Notes under the pieces: model-generated | The model's database searches: none | Told to the model about the DNA's origin: nothing | The model's input: only the letters and a program-made list of their open reading frames with translations | Part shown: positions 1 to 13,858 of the stretch, in pieces | Layout of the letters: every line of letters begins with the position of its first letter | Position numbering within the stretch: position 1 is the stretch's first letter | Source of the DNA: Bugula neritina | Lineage: Eukaryota; Animalia; Bryozoa | Reading direction: 5' to 3' | Length of the DNA: 64,000 bases | Assembly (NCBI GenBank): GCA_964035545.1 | Contig: OZ037767.1 | Coordinates: 1,933,680 to 1,997,679 of the forward strand | Translations under genes and position numbers: made by a program

Positions 1-180
1 CATACAGTATATTATATCATACAGTGTATTATATCATACAGTATATTATACAGTATATTGTATCATACAGTATACTATATCATACAGTATATTATATCAT
101 ACAGTATACTATATCATACAGTATATTGTATCATACAGTATACTATATCATACAGTATATTATATCATACAGTATATTAT
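1..180. repeat. 17-bp minisatellite (CATACAGTATATTATAT)n in UBXN11 intron
   Basis: Direct tandem repeat of ~10 copies ending ~30 bp before the acceptor at 208-209; explains spurious ORF 24..221. Confidence 0.9.
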
Positions 181-209
181 TTTATAGCAAATTATTTCTG
201 TCATTGCAG

Positions 210-1420
210 GTAAAAAGTTGACAGCTGACCAGTTCCTTTCTCATTTACCTGCATCGGTGATAAGAAGAGGCAAAGTAATTGATATCAGGAGCTCACTAAC
301 TGACACACTGAAAGGCCAGGAGAGGGAGGTTTGCCCCGTTACCGTGGTACACACTGAAACAATGCAAGAGATCAAGGACAGGTAAAAACTATATCTATAT
401 AATAATTGAGCTCTTCTAATAGATTAATTATAATACTTGTGGTTAGTTCTTCAATACTAGTAGATATTCTGTCAGCTTTTTCTGTGTGATATGTTGTTTT
501 ATAGCATTGTCGATATGCAAGCTTTTAGAGAAAAAGCTACAGATAGATTTTGGTGTAATAGCTAGTGCTTTTTTAGTGATCTGAAATCACTATTTATATT
601 ATACTACCCAATCGTATAACATGCATTGTATTTAGTTAATGCATTCATTGCAATCCTATATTATATATACTCATAAAAATTGACACTATTAATTTTAAAG
701 ATAGATGCGTTGTGTTTTAGATTCTAGATTTTTCTCTCAATTGGTTCTAAATTTTTGGTATATAGTTTTGTATATATTGAAGTTACATTAAAAACATATT
801 AGAGACTCATCATAGCAAATTATTTTTGCTTTGGAAGTTTTTTCAAGTCATTCTCTAAAGGGGAGTTAAAACAGCCCCTTCAAAACAAATTAAACTGATT
901 CTAACAGTATTAGGCTATTCAATTGGTTCACAGGCTAGATATAGATGAGAGCGTTAGACCACCGTCTGGTAGAAACATCACAACTCTCAGAATTAAAGAC
1001 ATAAACAATCATACTTACGTTCTGAAGATGAAATTCTCTGATACTATTGGTGATGTAATGTCTTATATCAATGATCTTAGGTAAGACTTTCCACCAATCA
1101 GGTATCAGCTACTATCAACTATTGTGTTCATACACTGCATATTGACCAATCAGGTATCAGCTTTGTTGAAAGCTACAAGTTAGCTACTCAGAAAGCAAAT
1201 AAATAGTTATTTATTCGATTTTTAGTCATTTTTACTATAGAATTTAAATTTGAAATTATTTTAGCAGTTTTTGTTATGCATTGTTCAAAGGGATTCATCC
1301 AGCTATGAATACAGACTAGTGTCAACGTTCCCTAGTAAAGTTTACGAAGATTTCACTGAAAGTTTATTCACTGCTGGACTGACACCGAACGCATCACTAC
1401 ACATTAGAATCTGCAAGTGA
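210..1420 (+). CDS. UBXN11: UBX domain-containing protein 11, last three coding exons (5' part outside window)
   Basis: Exons 210-381, 934-1080, 1291-1420 with GT/AG boundaries and consistent phase. Translation KKLTADQFLSHLPASVIRRGKVIDIRSSL...NITTLRIKDINNHTYVLKMKFSDTIGDV...YRLVSTFPSKVYEDFTESLFTAGLTPNASLHIRICK*: C-terminal UBX domain (FP and L-P-A-L motifs) preceded by the LP-x-VI-x-x-G-x-VIDIR segment recognised from UBXN11. Confidence 0.85.
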
Positions 1421-2404
1421 CACGACTACAACTCCATACAACTAGCTGTTAGCAGACTCACCAGTATCAATATTAGATTATCAGTTCCTCTGTAGTCAAG
1501 TCTATTCAAGTGTAAATTGGTAAATCTGATGCACAGAGTTTGGCTAAGTGATATTATTTTATCCGTCCACAAAGATGATATTGTTTTTGCAATAAAATAT
1601 GTAAGAAAATTGATATTTTATAAATGCAGCTGCTAACAACTAAAACATATCTTATCTTCATTTAACATAGTAACTATGACTGTTGGCTACTGGTTGTTAT
1701 TTTTACTAATTTGAATTGCCTGTACTTTGAGTCGCTTTCATCATTATAACTATAAATGATTAGTGTTCCTTTACATTGTGATAGCATTCCGAGATCCTGG
1801 GGGAGGGGGGGGGTAAGCATTTCTGCGGTTTTTTCTCCTAAAGATGTTACAGTAAATAAATGTTGTTAATATTATGTTGCAGCAACAAGATTTCACATAA
1901 ATAGTCCTCACAATTTTTTGTTAAATTTCAATAAATTATATTTTAATAAATTTGTTATAGAATAAAAAATAACAATAGATATAAAATAAAAGTATAATAG
2001 TTTAGGAAAATAAATAATTTCGGCTACTGGCCACAAGGGGTCGAAAAAAGTAACATTTTACAGCTAGCGCAATAGCACTATTACATAGCACTATATTACC
2101 AAAACCATAGCGCTATATTACCATAACCATAGCACTATATCACTATTACTATAGCGCGGTAGAACTAGTACTATAGCATTATATCACTATTACTATATAA
2201 TGCTATTACATAGCACTGCAGCACCAAGATCATGAGTTCAATACAGCAAAATGACAGTCAACAGTATGATACAGAGTTCTAGGGGATCTTCTGTTCTCAT
2301 CTTCAAAAACATACAAACTAGCGGTAACGTCTCCAACCAGAGTAACAGTCGACCTTGAGAGATGAGGCTATAATGTATCACAACTACAGCACAAGGGCCT
2401 GAAG

Positions 2405-3879
2405 CTATGTTCTTAGAGGTGGAAATGGTGATATAATGTTAACATTTATAGACTTGTTGTATCCTCGACTACCAGCATTTCCTGTCGAACCTTTACATTG
2501 GTGATCACTAATTTTACTTCTACAACACAATATTGCTCAATATTCACATGTGTAGCTGACATTACAAGTAAAACATGATAACCAAAACTCGAGTTATATT
2601 TTGAACATTCAAAAAGCTGCAAAAGTAGAGTTTCTTAGACTTACCGTATCATTTGATGGGTTTCTATAACCATTTGTCGTGGACTGAGTTGTTTAGCAGA
2701 AGTTATGGTATTAAAGGGGTAGGTCAAGTGGAAGCCCCCAGCTACCAGTTTTGTCTCTAAGGCTATAATATAAAGTTATGTATAATACATCATGAACAAC
2801 TATGGTTAAAATCTGACATTACAATGCTATAAAATGAGATGCAGTGTATTAGATCTTGATCGGTTATGGTTTTATATTCAAGCACATGGGTAGACAACTT
2901 ACTGTGCTATAATAATCCAGTGAAGCTGTGCTGGGCGTACAGACTACCACATCTTAGCATTTTGCTTTCTTACATCTGGACAAAAGTTACCAACTTTCTT
3001 GCACACCAAAACAGGTATTTATTTACCTGCTTTTTTCTCTAGCGAGCCAAGTCTTTTTATAACCAGAGAGCCAGATTCTTGCCTCCACGGCTTGCTATAA
3101 CACTTGGGTTGGGGATTCGTGCGTCTTGAGAAACCAAGGCTAGACGATGGAGCCTGGGCTAGCATCGAGGAATTACTTCTATTTGGTATTTGCTTACGTC
3201 TCAATGGATCATCTGCAACAGTAACTCAGTCGTCTGCTACAATAACTCAGTAGTCTGCAACAGTAACTCAGTAGTCTGCTACAATAACTCAGTCATTTGC
3301 TAATTTCAGTCCGTGAACAGCTACATATATTATTCAACTAACAAAAACTTCTAATAACCAACTTAATTTGCACTCCCCCCTGAAATTATAAAAAATTCTG
3401 TTTAAATTTTAAACTCATCAAATTTATTTTAAAACTTCTCATTGCAAGTGTGACTATCTGTCAAGGTGAATATTTACACGAATAGCTGCCGACTAGATTT
3501 GACGAAGAGAGTTGACTCAAGCTACAACTTAGTATGTTGGCTGCGTGCACACTTTCTTCATCGTCCTCGCTGACACAAATCTCTGAGCTGTCATTGGCTG
3601 ACAGACAGCATCTGGAATTGACATTCTACAAGAAAGTAGGATAAATTCTCAACAAGCAAGAGACAAAATTTTATTCTTTGCCAACACATATATACTGACA
3701 CATAGAGTCTAGTGACACATACTATATATTGACACATACTATATACTAACACATACTATATACTGACACATACTATAGACTGACACATACTAGCATATCT
3801 ACCGACACATAATAGTATATACTGACACATACTAGTATATATGCTGACACATACTAGTATATATACTGATACACACTAG

Positions 3880-3934
<55 letters not shown>

Positions 3935-6900
3935 TGACACATACTAGTATATACTGTAACATATTGTATACTGACACATACTAGTATATACTGTAATATA
4001 CTATATACTGACACATACTATATGCTGACACATACAGACTATATTGTGTTTTCTAGAGAATGATTAGCACAAAGAGCACACAACTCTGAAATGTGCAAGG
4101 ATGTGATACTTAAGTATTTGTTACAGTAGGGCATTAATACACAGCAGGGCACAACAACAAGAAAATAGCATACAGCACGGCCAGGTCTAAGCTGAGGCAG
4201 TTTGGTGACCATAGAATGAGGTCTACGGGATAGGAGTTGCCTCCCATCGGACACCCATGATGAGCTGCGCACTACTGCTGCTTGTTTCACTGTTTTGGTA
4301 GTCTGAGAACCATCTTCAGGCCTAAAGTCCATCAAATCGATCAAATCAGAGAGCATTTCCTTCTTGATGCTATCTGTCGGACAGTCATTGCTGAGTGATG
4401 GCGAAAAATTGACCTCTAATAGCCAGGGCTTCAGGTTGCTGTCTACTAAGATGTCAAAGCCGTAGAGCTCAAAGCAGTTAGAAGTACGAGGGACTTCAGA
4501 CACCTGAGGTATGATAGTCAAGTTAATGATGAGAATGATCTGCCACCATAGACTGTGGTCATCAATATGTCGCTGATGAAAGTAATGTCGGAGTTGTTTT
4601 ATCGTCCACTTAGAGCCGTGACCGATGCCGGCTTTGTCAACATTGTATGCTGAAGAAAATCTGTTAATAGATGTATTTGTGAGGTGAGAATACAGATTGC
4701 CAAGAGTAGACAAGTCATATTTCTCGCATGAAAACCTCACTATTCCATCATTGTACAGATATATTACCAGGGGGTGATAACTCATAACTGCGACATACAA
4801 ACGAATGTCAAATTTGTGTCCGTGAATGAGAAAGGGGTTGGTTATATACTGCTGGACTACTGTGTTTGTGTCGTATTGAAGCTCGGATAATTCTCGAATG
4901 ATAGAAATACCTCGACCACGAGATAGGTCGGCTGGCTTACAGATCCAACATGGCAACTTATCTACAAAACAAGCCACGCCCACCGGCTATATATTGCATA
5001 TAACAATATACACACAGAGTTGGTGGTTACAAGCAGGCATTGGGGTTTCACACACTAAAGCATTTTATTTGCAAGTTATTTCACTACAAACAGAGGTGCC
5101 CATAAGGCTATGGCTGTAAACTTATTTATACATTTGATGTTAGCTTAAGAGTTTAAAGGACATTTGAGTTTCAGTATGACAGTGTGTAAACTTTTCATGC
5201 CTCCAATGAACAAAGATTCTTTCACGCTGCAAATTTTTTAATAAGTTGACTATTTTTAAACAAATAAAGAAGTTCATTCAACTGAAACTGATTGTGTTAG
5301 TAAAAACTTGAACAAAAAAAATTTCCTGTCAACCCCAAACCCCCCTCAGTCCATAACCTAGCTTTATAAACTTAAGATCACCTATGGATCTTGGGCTATA
5401 TAAAAGCTCAAGTTGCTAAACTTAACTGAATAGAATGAGCTCTTTGTTTAACCTTTTGATGACTTTTCTTATCAATAGAACAGCAGCAACAAACCATTGC
5501 TATGCAAACAAAGCACTAACAAAGTTACATAACTACCAAACAATGGAGACATTTTATAGCTGCCGCTGATAAGAAAATTCTATACCCCTAAATGGAAAAC
5601 ATAAACAGTATTTATTTAATAGTTGAGTTTTTAGATAGTTGATAGTTGTATTCATAGAGGGGTGGTAATAGCTACCCTGTGTATTGGGAAAATGCCAAAT
5701 ATTTATAGAAATTGTGAAATGGAATAGAATTGAAATAAAATTAGAAAGGTTTTAAATTGGCCATTAAACTAAATAAAATCTTAGCTGCTGAATACATAGA
5801 TATAGTCAGATGATGGTTTATGTTGGAAATCTTAGCTTTATATTCCACATGTTCCACAACCACAGCACAATACTAATGATGGCTAGCTCAAAATCAATTT
5901 CTCATTACGGCTAACATCAAAGCTTCAGGTTCCTAATCCATTGATTTCCATGATGTCATAATTTTTCAAGTAAATATAAGAACAACTATAGACACTATAA
6001 GATAACCCACAACAGCTACAACATGAAAATCAATACAACACAATATTTTGACCCCAACTTAAAAATGCCGTTAGAAGCAATCAAAATGAAAGAGAGGTTC
6101 TAATGCAGCGCAGAGTTCACTATATTATTATTTCTTAAAACCGTCGTATAAAACTACATAGTACACTCAGCAGATAAGTAAGTAAAAACAACACGAAGTA
6201 TTTGCTTGTAATATATCCAAGATGACTTGTGACTTCAAACATTATCTAACAGTCTACTGTCTTCTCACAAGTCAATGAAATGTGAACTTGCAAATCCTTT
6301 CTAGAATAACTAATTTGCAGACATATAAAATGAACATTAACCCAAAATATATCACTTCAGTTGCAGAATACCAATGCCATTTGCCTCATCAAGGAAACAA
6401 TTGTACGACACCATAAAACAACACAACATATTAAAGAAAAAAAATATCAAAGATTGTAAATTATGTAAACATTTCGCATTACAACATTCAAATTTAAACT
6501 TAAATTTGTTATATTTAGAGAAATTTAGCAAATAAATTAACCAAACCTGTTTTGGTTTTGTCTGCTTGGTGTGAGAATTCTTGTGTAAATTTACGATAAT
6601 CATTTGGAAGAATGTAGGAGTGGGGAGCGAAGTTGTAGGCGAAGCCATGCAGGGCGTGTTGGAGCTTCAGAAGTCTTGCCAAGCAGTCTTTACGAGTTAT
6701 ACCTATCAAAATGACAAATGCATTATTAATTATTTTGGCTAGTGTAAACATTCACAAGTTTTTTTCGTAATAGTTTTTATATTCTTTGCATATATTACTT
6801 CAAATAATTATTCTATCAATTCAGAATTTTACTGAATTGTTTTATGGAATATTAGATAGAACCACAATAACTATATTTGTGCTAACAAAAGTTGACGAAA

Positions 6901-7373
6901 AGATTTTACGACTTATGATATAAACAAACTCAATATTATAGTAAGTCATACTAATTACTAATTTCAGCAAACTAACGACTCAGTAAAGTATTTTAAAATG
7001 AATGACTTAGTTCTATTGGAGACATAAAACTATATGGCTTTAGAACTAGTTGCATACCCGTTGCTTTAGGACAGTGATTTATTCGTTGCCATGGAAATAG
7101 TTGACTGTAGTCAGAGGTACGAAATCTAGATGTTTTCCACCAACAGTTCCATTGAATGTCGATGTGTATATCTTCATCAAACTCAATCCATCCTCTGTCC
7201 AAAAATGCCTGAGTTGTCAAGAAATATTTTACACTAAGTGAGTTGAAAAGCCTAACTTGCAAAAATAATGATTGATTTGAGATTTGAGAAAATTTTTAGC
7301 TCACCTCTCTGACCAGTTCCGGTCCAATCCCATCATCATTTATTCTAAATATCATCTGTGACTCGTCAGCCAT
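2405..7373 (-). CDS. TTLL2: Tubulin tyrosine ligase-like polyglutamylase TTLL2
   Basis: Exons (minus) 7373-7305, 7208-7058, 6702-6547, 4961-4174, 3625-3478, 3212-3027, 2762-2645, 2519-2405. TTL motifs ITRKDCLAR, WICKPADLSRGRGI, VQQYITNPFLIHGHKFDIRLYV, HLTNTSIN, GHGSKWT, CFELYGFDILVDSNLKPWLLEVNFSPSL match TTLL2. The four small C-terminal exons are inferred from phase only. Probable non-coding exon with donor at 7881. Confidence 0.85.
3213..3297. repeat. 21-bp tandem repeat overlapping a TTLL2 splice acceptor
   Basis: TCTGC(A/T)ACA(G/A)TAACTCAGT(A/C)G x4; on the minus strand the units carry a CAG, and the last one is the in-frame acceptor. Confidence 0.8.
3690..4040. repeat. 20-22-bp minisatellite (ACTGACACATACTAGTATAT) with embedded (TA)n
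   Basis: Degenerate tandem array in TTLL2 intron; same unit as the array at 43172-43743 (reverse complement). Confidence 0.85.
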
Positions 7374-8212
7374 AATGTTGTTACTGAAAAATATGAATCC
7401 ATAGAAGCAAATTCTATTCATTTATTCAAATGTTGTTTTGATGTAGCTTACAGATAAAAGAACAACACATTTATATTACCAAAATATTAGTAATAACTGT
7501 GAGTGCGTAGCATAGCTATATTAATTCATACTCATACCGATAGTGATACTCATAGTCATAGTCATACTCATACTGATATTAAAAATAAATGTAATTGTAA
7601 TCATGACAACCAGCCATAATCATAATTAGAGTGACTTAGATGCTAAAAATATCATTGTATTTATATAAATTAAAACATATTATTAGAATATTACAAATAA
7701 TAATAATTTTATTATTATTATTTATATATTTAATAATATTAAATTTAACATTAATTACATTTATTTAATTTCAATTTTCTGCCACTGAAAGTAAATGTAG
7801 ATATAATCATTATGATTATGTCATAAGTCAAACTTTTCTGAAATTTTAATAAAATTAATAAATTTTTAAACAATATTTTACCGTCATGGAGAGCTGTTGT
7901 GCAGCGATAAGATACAAATTTACAATTACTACCAGATATTAACTTTTAATTAATCCCATATCCAGCATGACTTTCTCAAATCCATGGGAACTTATCAACA
8001 GGAAAATCTCAAAATCGCTTTAAAAAATAATTCATAACTCGTGTGGTAAAATGCAATTTTCACTTTATTTTTATAACAATTCAACAAAAATGTTTCGAAA
8101 ATAATTTTTTTTATTTTATAACATTTCTTCACTTTCTACAAGTTTATAATGTTTGTATAATATTTATAGACTATAACTAGCGCGCGCACAATACACAGTT
8201 TCCGGCCTCAAA

Positions 8213-11200
8213 ATGGCCCTAAACAGTGCATTTCTCAGTAAGCCATGTCCTGGCTTCAAAACAACACGACTTGGGGCTCAGGCATCAGCAGTTATTATAT
8301 TGGTAAATATTAAAACTTGACTTTACTAAAGCTATTCTCGCAATCAATTCTTTAGTTTGAACAAAATAGTTTATGACCTCTCCATTCCATTTCCAACTAA
8401 TCCGTAATCACTGAAGATAATCATAATATTTATATTAATCCCGATTCTGACCTACTTACAGCTACTGATTACTCTAGACTAATGGCACTTACTTTTGGTA
8501 CATACTATGTCTTATTTACTTTTAAACATTTTAATTAAAGTATAATCGTTTGTTTACTACTACCATTTCACTCCTTAGTCAGTCGGATCTGGATACAGTC
8601 ATCATGAGGGTCATCACACTTACTGAATTACCCAATCTCATTTTGATTTAGTTTTACTCTTAGTAATACTTTAATAGTCTTACTCTCAGGGATTTAGAAA
8701 CTTACTGATAGTGTCAGTAATGCTAGTTGTAATGCCAGTAACTATACTAATGGTAGAAGTTAAGTTTTGGCTAGAGACTCATCATCAGCATGATCATCAT
8801 TCATTGATTCATTCATTCATTTAATTTGAATTTCATAGAGACAGTGATAGTCACATACTCATATTCATACTCATACTAATAGTGATTGTGAAACTGAATC
8901 TCAGTTTTGATGAATGCTTATGGCGCGGTTCTCGCAACAGAGTGATATTAAACCACTAGCCCACAACTTCTAATAGCAATCAAATTGCGCTTGCAATGAT
9001 AGTTACACTTATAGTTTTGTATCAGGAGCACTAGCATGTATTTTGTTGATAGATCCCAACACTGAAGGTAGGTGGGGATTGAATAGTTGATTGTGTGTTA
9101 AATAAACCACAAGTGTGTTGCAAAATGATATTTATGCAAAGAAAGTTAGGTTTCATTCCCAAGTCCCTCAATAAATAGATAAGACACCAAATTTGTCATT
9201 TATTAAGCTAATTGTCTGTTACATCTGACAATTGTCAGTTGGATAATGAGTTGTCTGCCTTTTTGTTTACATTATACTGTTGCCATGCAACTACTCTGAT
9301 TGACTGTTGCAGGTATTTGGAATATGTTGCATCATCTCTGCCATTTTAGCTATGTATTTCACTTTCCGGGATAATTTAGACAACGTGAACCGTAGATCAC
9401 ATGGTAAGCTTTCTATGATTATAGAGTGGTGCAGTAGTTGTAGTAATTTACTCACTATGATTTTATAGGGTGGTGAAAATGTCATGATGCAAGGTTTATC
9501 GCTAGCATAGAGTTACAGCAAAAATAAGATTTAAAATAACCGAATAGCAATATTCATAAAATAGAAACAAAACATGGGCTGTGAATGGTTAAATGAAGTT
9601 TTGGAAAATGGCAACTTTAAAACTTATGAAAACGACACGAAGCTAATATAAGATGCTGATTAGTGTTTATATAACATAATTGTGGATTGAGCATTCTTAG
9701 TCATCAACTTTGTGTTTCGTTGCACTGAGAAATGTTGTGTTTACCTACACGCACCTTGTCCCTGAAAAACTAAGTTTATTTTTAATAATTTCCTGGAAAC
9801 AAGGATTAGTTGGAGTTGTCCAATCATTTTTCAGCCAGTGTGCTCTGTTACAGCTGAAAACAACAAGCTGCAGTGTTACTATGGTGCCGGGCTGGCCATC
9901 TATGGAGGATGGGCCATGTTTACCTGCGTTATGCTCTTCGGGATAATTGTGGTGAGTCCATTTGTGTCTTACTCTAAGTAATCATTTTGGAACAATAGCA
10001 GCCTGTTATATTACCATTACTTGCACAAACTCCAAGTGTTTCCACCGTTTGCCCGTATGAATTGCAGGAAAACAAGAGAGCCCTGGGCTTCTGGCTAATA
10101 TTCAGTGGTCTCATTCCCCTCTATTTCATCGGCGGCCTTATCTTCCTCTTTGCAGGCTCAACCATCACTGGCTGGGGTATAGTAATATATGCTGTATACT
10201 GTAATATATGTACTGTAATATATGTGCTGTAATATATGTACTGTAATATATGTACTGTAATATATGTGCTATAATATATGTACTCTAATATATGTGCTAT
10301 AATATATGTACTGTAATATATGTGCTGTAATATATGTGCTGTAATATATGTACTGTAATATATGTGCTATAATATATGTACTGTAATATATGTACTGTAA
10401 TATATGTACTGTAATATATAATATAATGTATGCTGTATTATATGCACTATATAATAAATACAATGCACATGTTTGTAGAAACACAGTTCCTGGTTGGTCA
10501 AGGCGTCACCCTCATAGCACTGGTTAGTTTCTACCTTTAAATACTAATTAATCTGTTAATTATTATTCTACAATCTATATGTATTATTGATATTATGTTT
10601 TTCTACATCTAATAATTAGTATTCTATTATACATCTAATTATTCCATGTGTTGTTTATGCACTACTAACTGCAACTAACCACTAACTGATTGTATACTGC
10701 AGGTGTGGGTAGCTCTAGCAGTGTGGGTCTACTTTGGAGAGATCAAGAGAAGAGATAAGAACCCTGAACTAAGAGTGAGTTAGAAGTCATTGCTAGATCC
10801 TAGACCTCGATTTGTTGTGTATTGCATTTACCTAAGTGAACTCTGTTGCCAGGCAGTGCAGTGTATTATGTTGTATTATATTATTATTGTCGAACTAAGC
10901 ACCTATATTGCTAAGTCACTAACATGCTGCATGCTGTAGTGTATCAAATATATTGTACTGGTGTAATATTACCATTCATTGGGTGTATAACCAGCCAATC
11001 AGCTGTAAGATAACACTCAGCTGCCCATTAGCTATCTGCTGTTGGTGTGAAGGCGTGGCTTCTTCGAGTAGTAGACAATCACAGCCGAAATATGCTCAGA
11101 GTTGAGTATTTTATTACAAACAAATTGTCAAATTGGAATTTTCCGGTCTAAGTCAAATCTTTTGTCATTGTTTATTCTTTACAAAGAATCAATAATGACA

Positions 11201-11542
11201 AGATGTTTGACTTGTTTGGGCTTTATTTTCCAGGGCAGATTTTCCTCACTAGAAGAGAAATATAAAATGAGGTTTTTGAATAAATGGCTGCTGCAATTTG
11301 TTGAATTACTTATTTCGTGTTTTTGTAAAAGAAATTTGCCTCATAAAGTAATATTCCGGGATGGTGTATTTCCTCTTACCGTTTGAAGAAGTATACGAGC
11401 TAGTCTGTCTACTACTCGTGAAGCCCCGCAACGCGTTGTGATTTCATCAACTATGCCTTATCTGTAACTTGTTGTACAGGTTGACGACTTCATCAGAAGA
11501 AAGGTGACGTCACTTCCTGTGACATATAAACTAGTCGTCTAG
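8213..11542 (+). CDS. Uncharacterised four-transmembrane protein (LAPTM/DUF4728-like topology), short isoform
   Basis: Exons 8213-8302, 9313-9403, 9854-9951, 10068-10181, 10487-10522, 10703-10774, 11480-11542 join in phase: MALNSAFLSKPCPGFKTTRLGAQASAVIILVFGICCIISAILAMYF...YYGAGLAIYGGWAMFTCVMLFGIIVENKRALGFWLIFSGLIPLYFIGGLIFLFAG...FLVGQGVTLIALVWVALAVWVYFGEIKRRDKNPELRVDDFIRRKVTSLPVTYKLVV*. Four hydrophobic segments; the family assignment is a topology-based inference. Confidence 0.75.
10182..10420. repeat. 16-bp minisatellite (CTGTAATATATGT[A/G])n
   Basis: Tandem array starting at the donor of exon 10068-10181; explains ORF 10269..10484. Confidence 0.9.
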
Positions 11543-12566
11543 TGTAGGCTGACTGCCAGTTAATGTTTTCCGTGTCAAATCTGCTAGATTTTGCTGTTAT
11601 CACCCGATTAGCCCTGGGTTCTGCTGCACACCTTCGCTGAGATACTCAGTGAAATGGTGGTGCTCAGACCAAAGGCTAAGTTAACCTGAAGCTTGATGGC
11701 AGCTGGAACAAATGATGCCTCTATGCCGTGTATCTCGTGTGATTGGCCGATATCTTGTCTCCCTACGTGTGATTGGCTAATACCATGTATCCCTGCGTGT
11801 GATTGGTTGTGTAGATGTGTTCTCATGTCCTGTCCTGCTTTTCTAACCTCCTTGCAACATTATTGGTTGTCTACGGTGGATATAGCATAACCCATATATA
11901 TACACCTCGTATTATATACTTGTATTATATACTTGTATTATATACTTGTACAGAGTATAATATACTTGCATATAATATTATATACTGTATTACAAGGTAC
12001 TTGTATTTTAACCCCCAATTCAAAGTCTTACACCTCCTAATTCAGCAGTTCTAATGAGTAGTTGAAATATAAAACTGGATTTCCCCTTCCCTGTGTACCA
12101 TGTCACTACTTTAACTACAGTTCTTACCAATCATTCCTTGCAACTTGTCTTTCAGTTAGTAGGTTAGTTAACTATATCATTCACACTAGTTACTGTAATT
12201 ACCTTCTCTCCCCCTTCATTTCTCTACCCTTCATTTCTCTCAGATTTTATTCAGTGTTTCCACTAAGAAACTCCACGTTAATATTATGTTATGGTTGTGG
12301 GGTCAGTATTTATCTACTTATTAACCTCCTATCCACTGTAACCCCTGTGCACTCTGAATGTATTATTTTAACTCCCCACTTCATGTTGCTAATGCTGTCC
12401 ACCTGCCAATCAGAATGAGTAAGTCAACTCAGCAGAATCACGTTACTATAGCAACGAATCCAGCTGCCATCATCTCAGGAAACCATCAATTTTGTTTCAC
12501 ACCTCACCAAGTGCAGCTGCCCGGCTAGCTAAACCACCTTGTTCTTACTTTGCATGTCATCCTATA

Positions 12567-12693
12567 GGGGGAGGAGCTAGCTAGGATGGGAGGAGCTAGT
12601 TAAGAGAGGAGGAGCTAGCTAGTAGGGGAGGTACTAGCTGAGGGGAGGAGCTAGCTAGGAGTAGGGGAGGAGCTATGTAGGAGTAGGGGAGGG
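12567..12693 (+). repeat. G-rich degenerate repeat (GGGGAGGAGCTAGCTAG)
   Basis: About six degenerate copies with several G-runs; G-quadruplex potential not tested. Confidence 0.6.
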
Positions 12694-13164
12694 TTGTTCG
12701 TATACAGAGTAGGAGCATTTGGAAAAGGGGCTGACGTATGCATGTAGTGTGATTGTTAACTGCATCATCGGTGAATGTGACTCTGTGACTGTCACAGAGT
12801 CACAGTCACTGTGTTGTAAGTCTGTAGCTAGCTCTTACTTAGTGTATAATCAATAAGTCTTCTGTCTGTCTTACCTTGCATTTTGTAACCTCTTTTTCAC
12901 TTGTCTAACCCATTTACTTCCTGTTTCACGTGATGGAGGCATCATTTGGGTCTGTCCAATCAAACCATCTTCAAACTAGTGTTGGGAAACCCTTCCATTA
13001 TCTACTACGTGTCAAATTAGTCACTGACTTTACCAGCCCCAGTACTCGTGTCTTTATGACATTTACTGTTTCTCTCAAGTCAAACGGGCATATGCATGTT
13101 TGCATGTTCTGAATTCTATAATTTCAGATTTTACTAAAGATATTGTGCATTATTTTACTTAGCA

Positions 13165-13280
13165 ATTGTAAGCATATATGTTTACAGTTGTAAGCATGTG
13201 TTTACAGTTGTAAGCATGTGTTTACAGTTGTAAGCATGTGTTTACAGTTGTAAGCATGTGTTTACAGTTGTAAGCATGTA
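13165..13280. repeat. 20-bp minisatellite (TTGTAAGCATGTGTTTACAG)n
   Basis: About five near-perfect tandem copies. Confidence 0.9.
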
Positions 13281-13858
13281 AGTTTGTATAATAGACTAAG
13301 CTTTGCACAGGTGTTATAGCTTGTGTTGGTGGAATCAGTAAAGACAAGTTCAGAGTTAGTAAAATATTACAGTAAATGATTATCACTGCGAATCACTTTG
13401 GGCTTGTGAACGTGTACTGTGCTGGTTTTACTGGTCAAATGATGAGTACCGTGTATAACAGGAACCACTATTTTCAGTCTGTGTAAGAGTTTTTTTAGTC
13501 AAAAGTATATTTAGAATATGGATTAATCAGACCTAGAGCTTTCTCTTGTCAGTCATCATGGGTTAGTAGTGAGAGTTGTGGACGTCCCTCAAGGGGCACA
13601 AATTACCTGGAACTTTGTCTAATTTCCTTGCTAGTGTTTGCCATTCATCATGTGGCTCATAACTTGTGTTTCATGCAAAGCTGTAGTTATCTTCTCTCCC
13701 TCTCTGTAACATGGAAAACACCCAACTGTCTACTGATTCCACTAACCTGCGTTGCAACATGTCTGCAAATCTTGCTCTCCGTAATATAGAGCTTATGACC
13801 ACTTGTTACTAGCCGTCTAATATATTTACTGTCTAACCTGAAACTCAACATCTCTTAG

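Noticed and set aside
2901-2975. Extra TTLL2 exon with a good GTAAGT donor
   Set aside because: Introduces an in-frame TAG; exon 3212-3027 joins 2762 in phase without it.
7085-7098. X-box-like GTTGCCATGGAAAT
   Set aside because: Lies in a TTLL2 coding exon (FPWQR codons), so likely coincidental.
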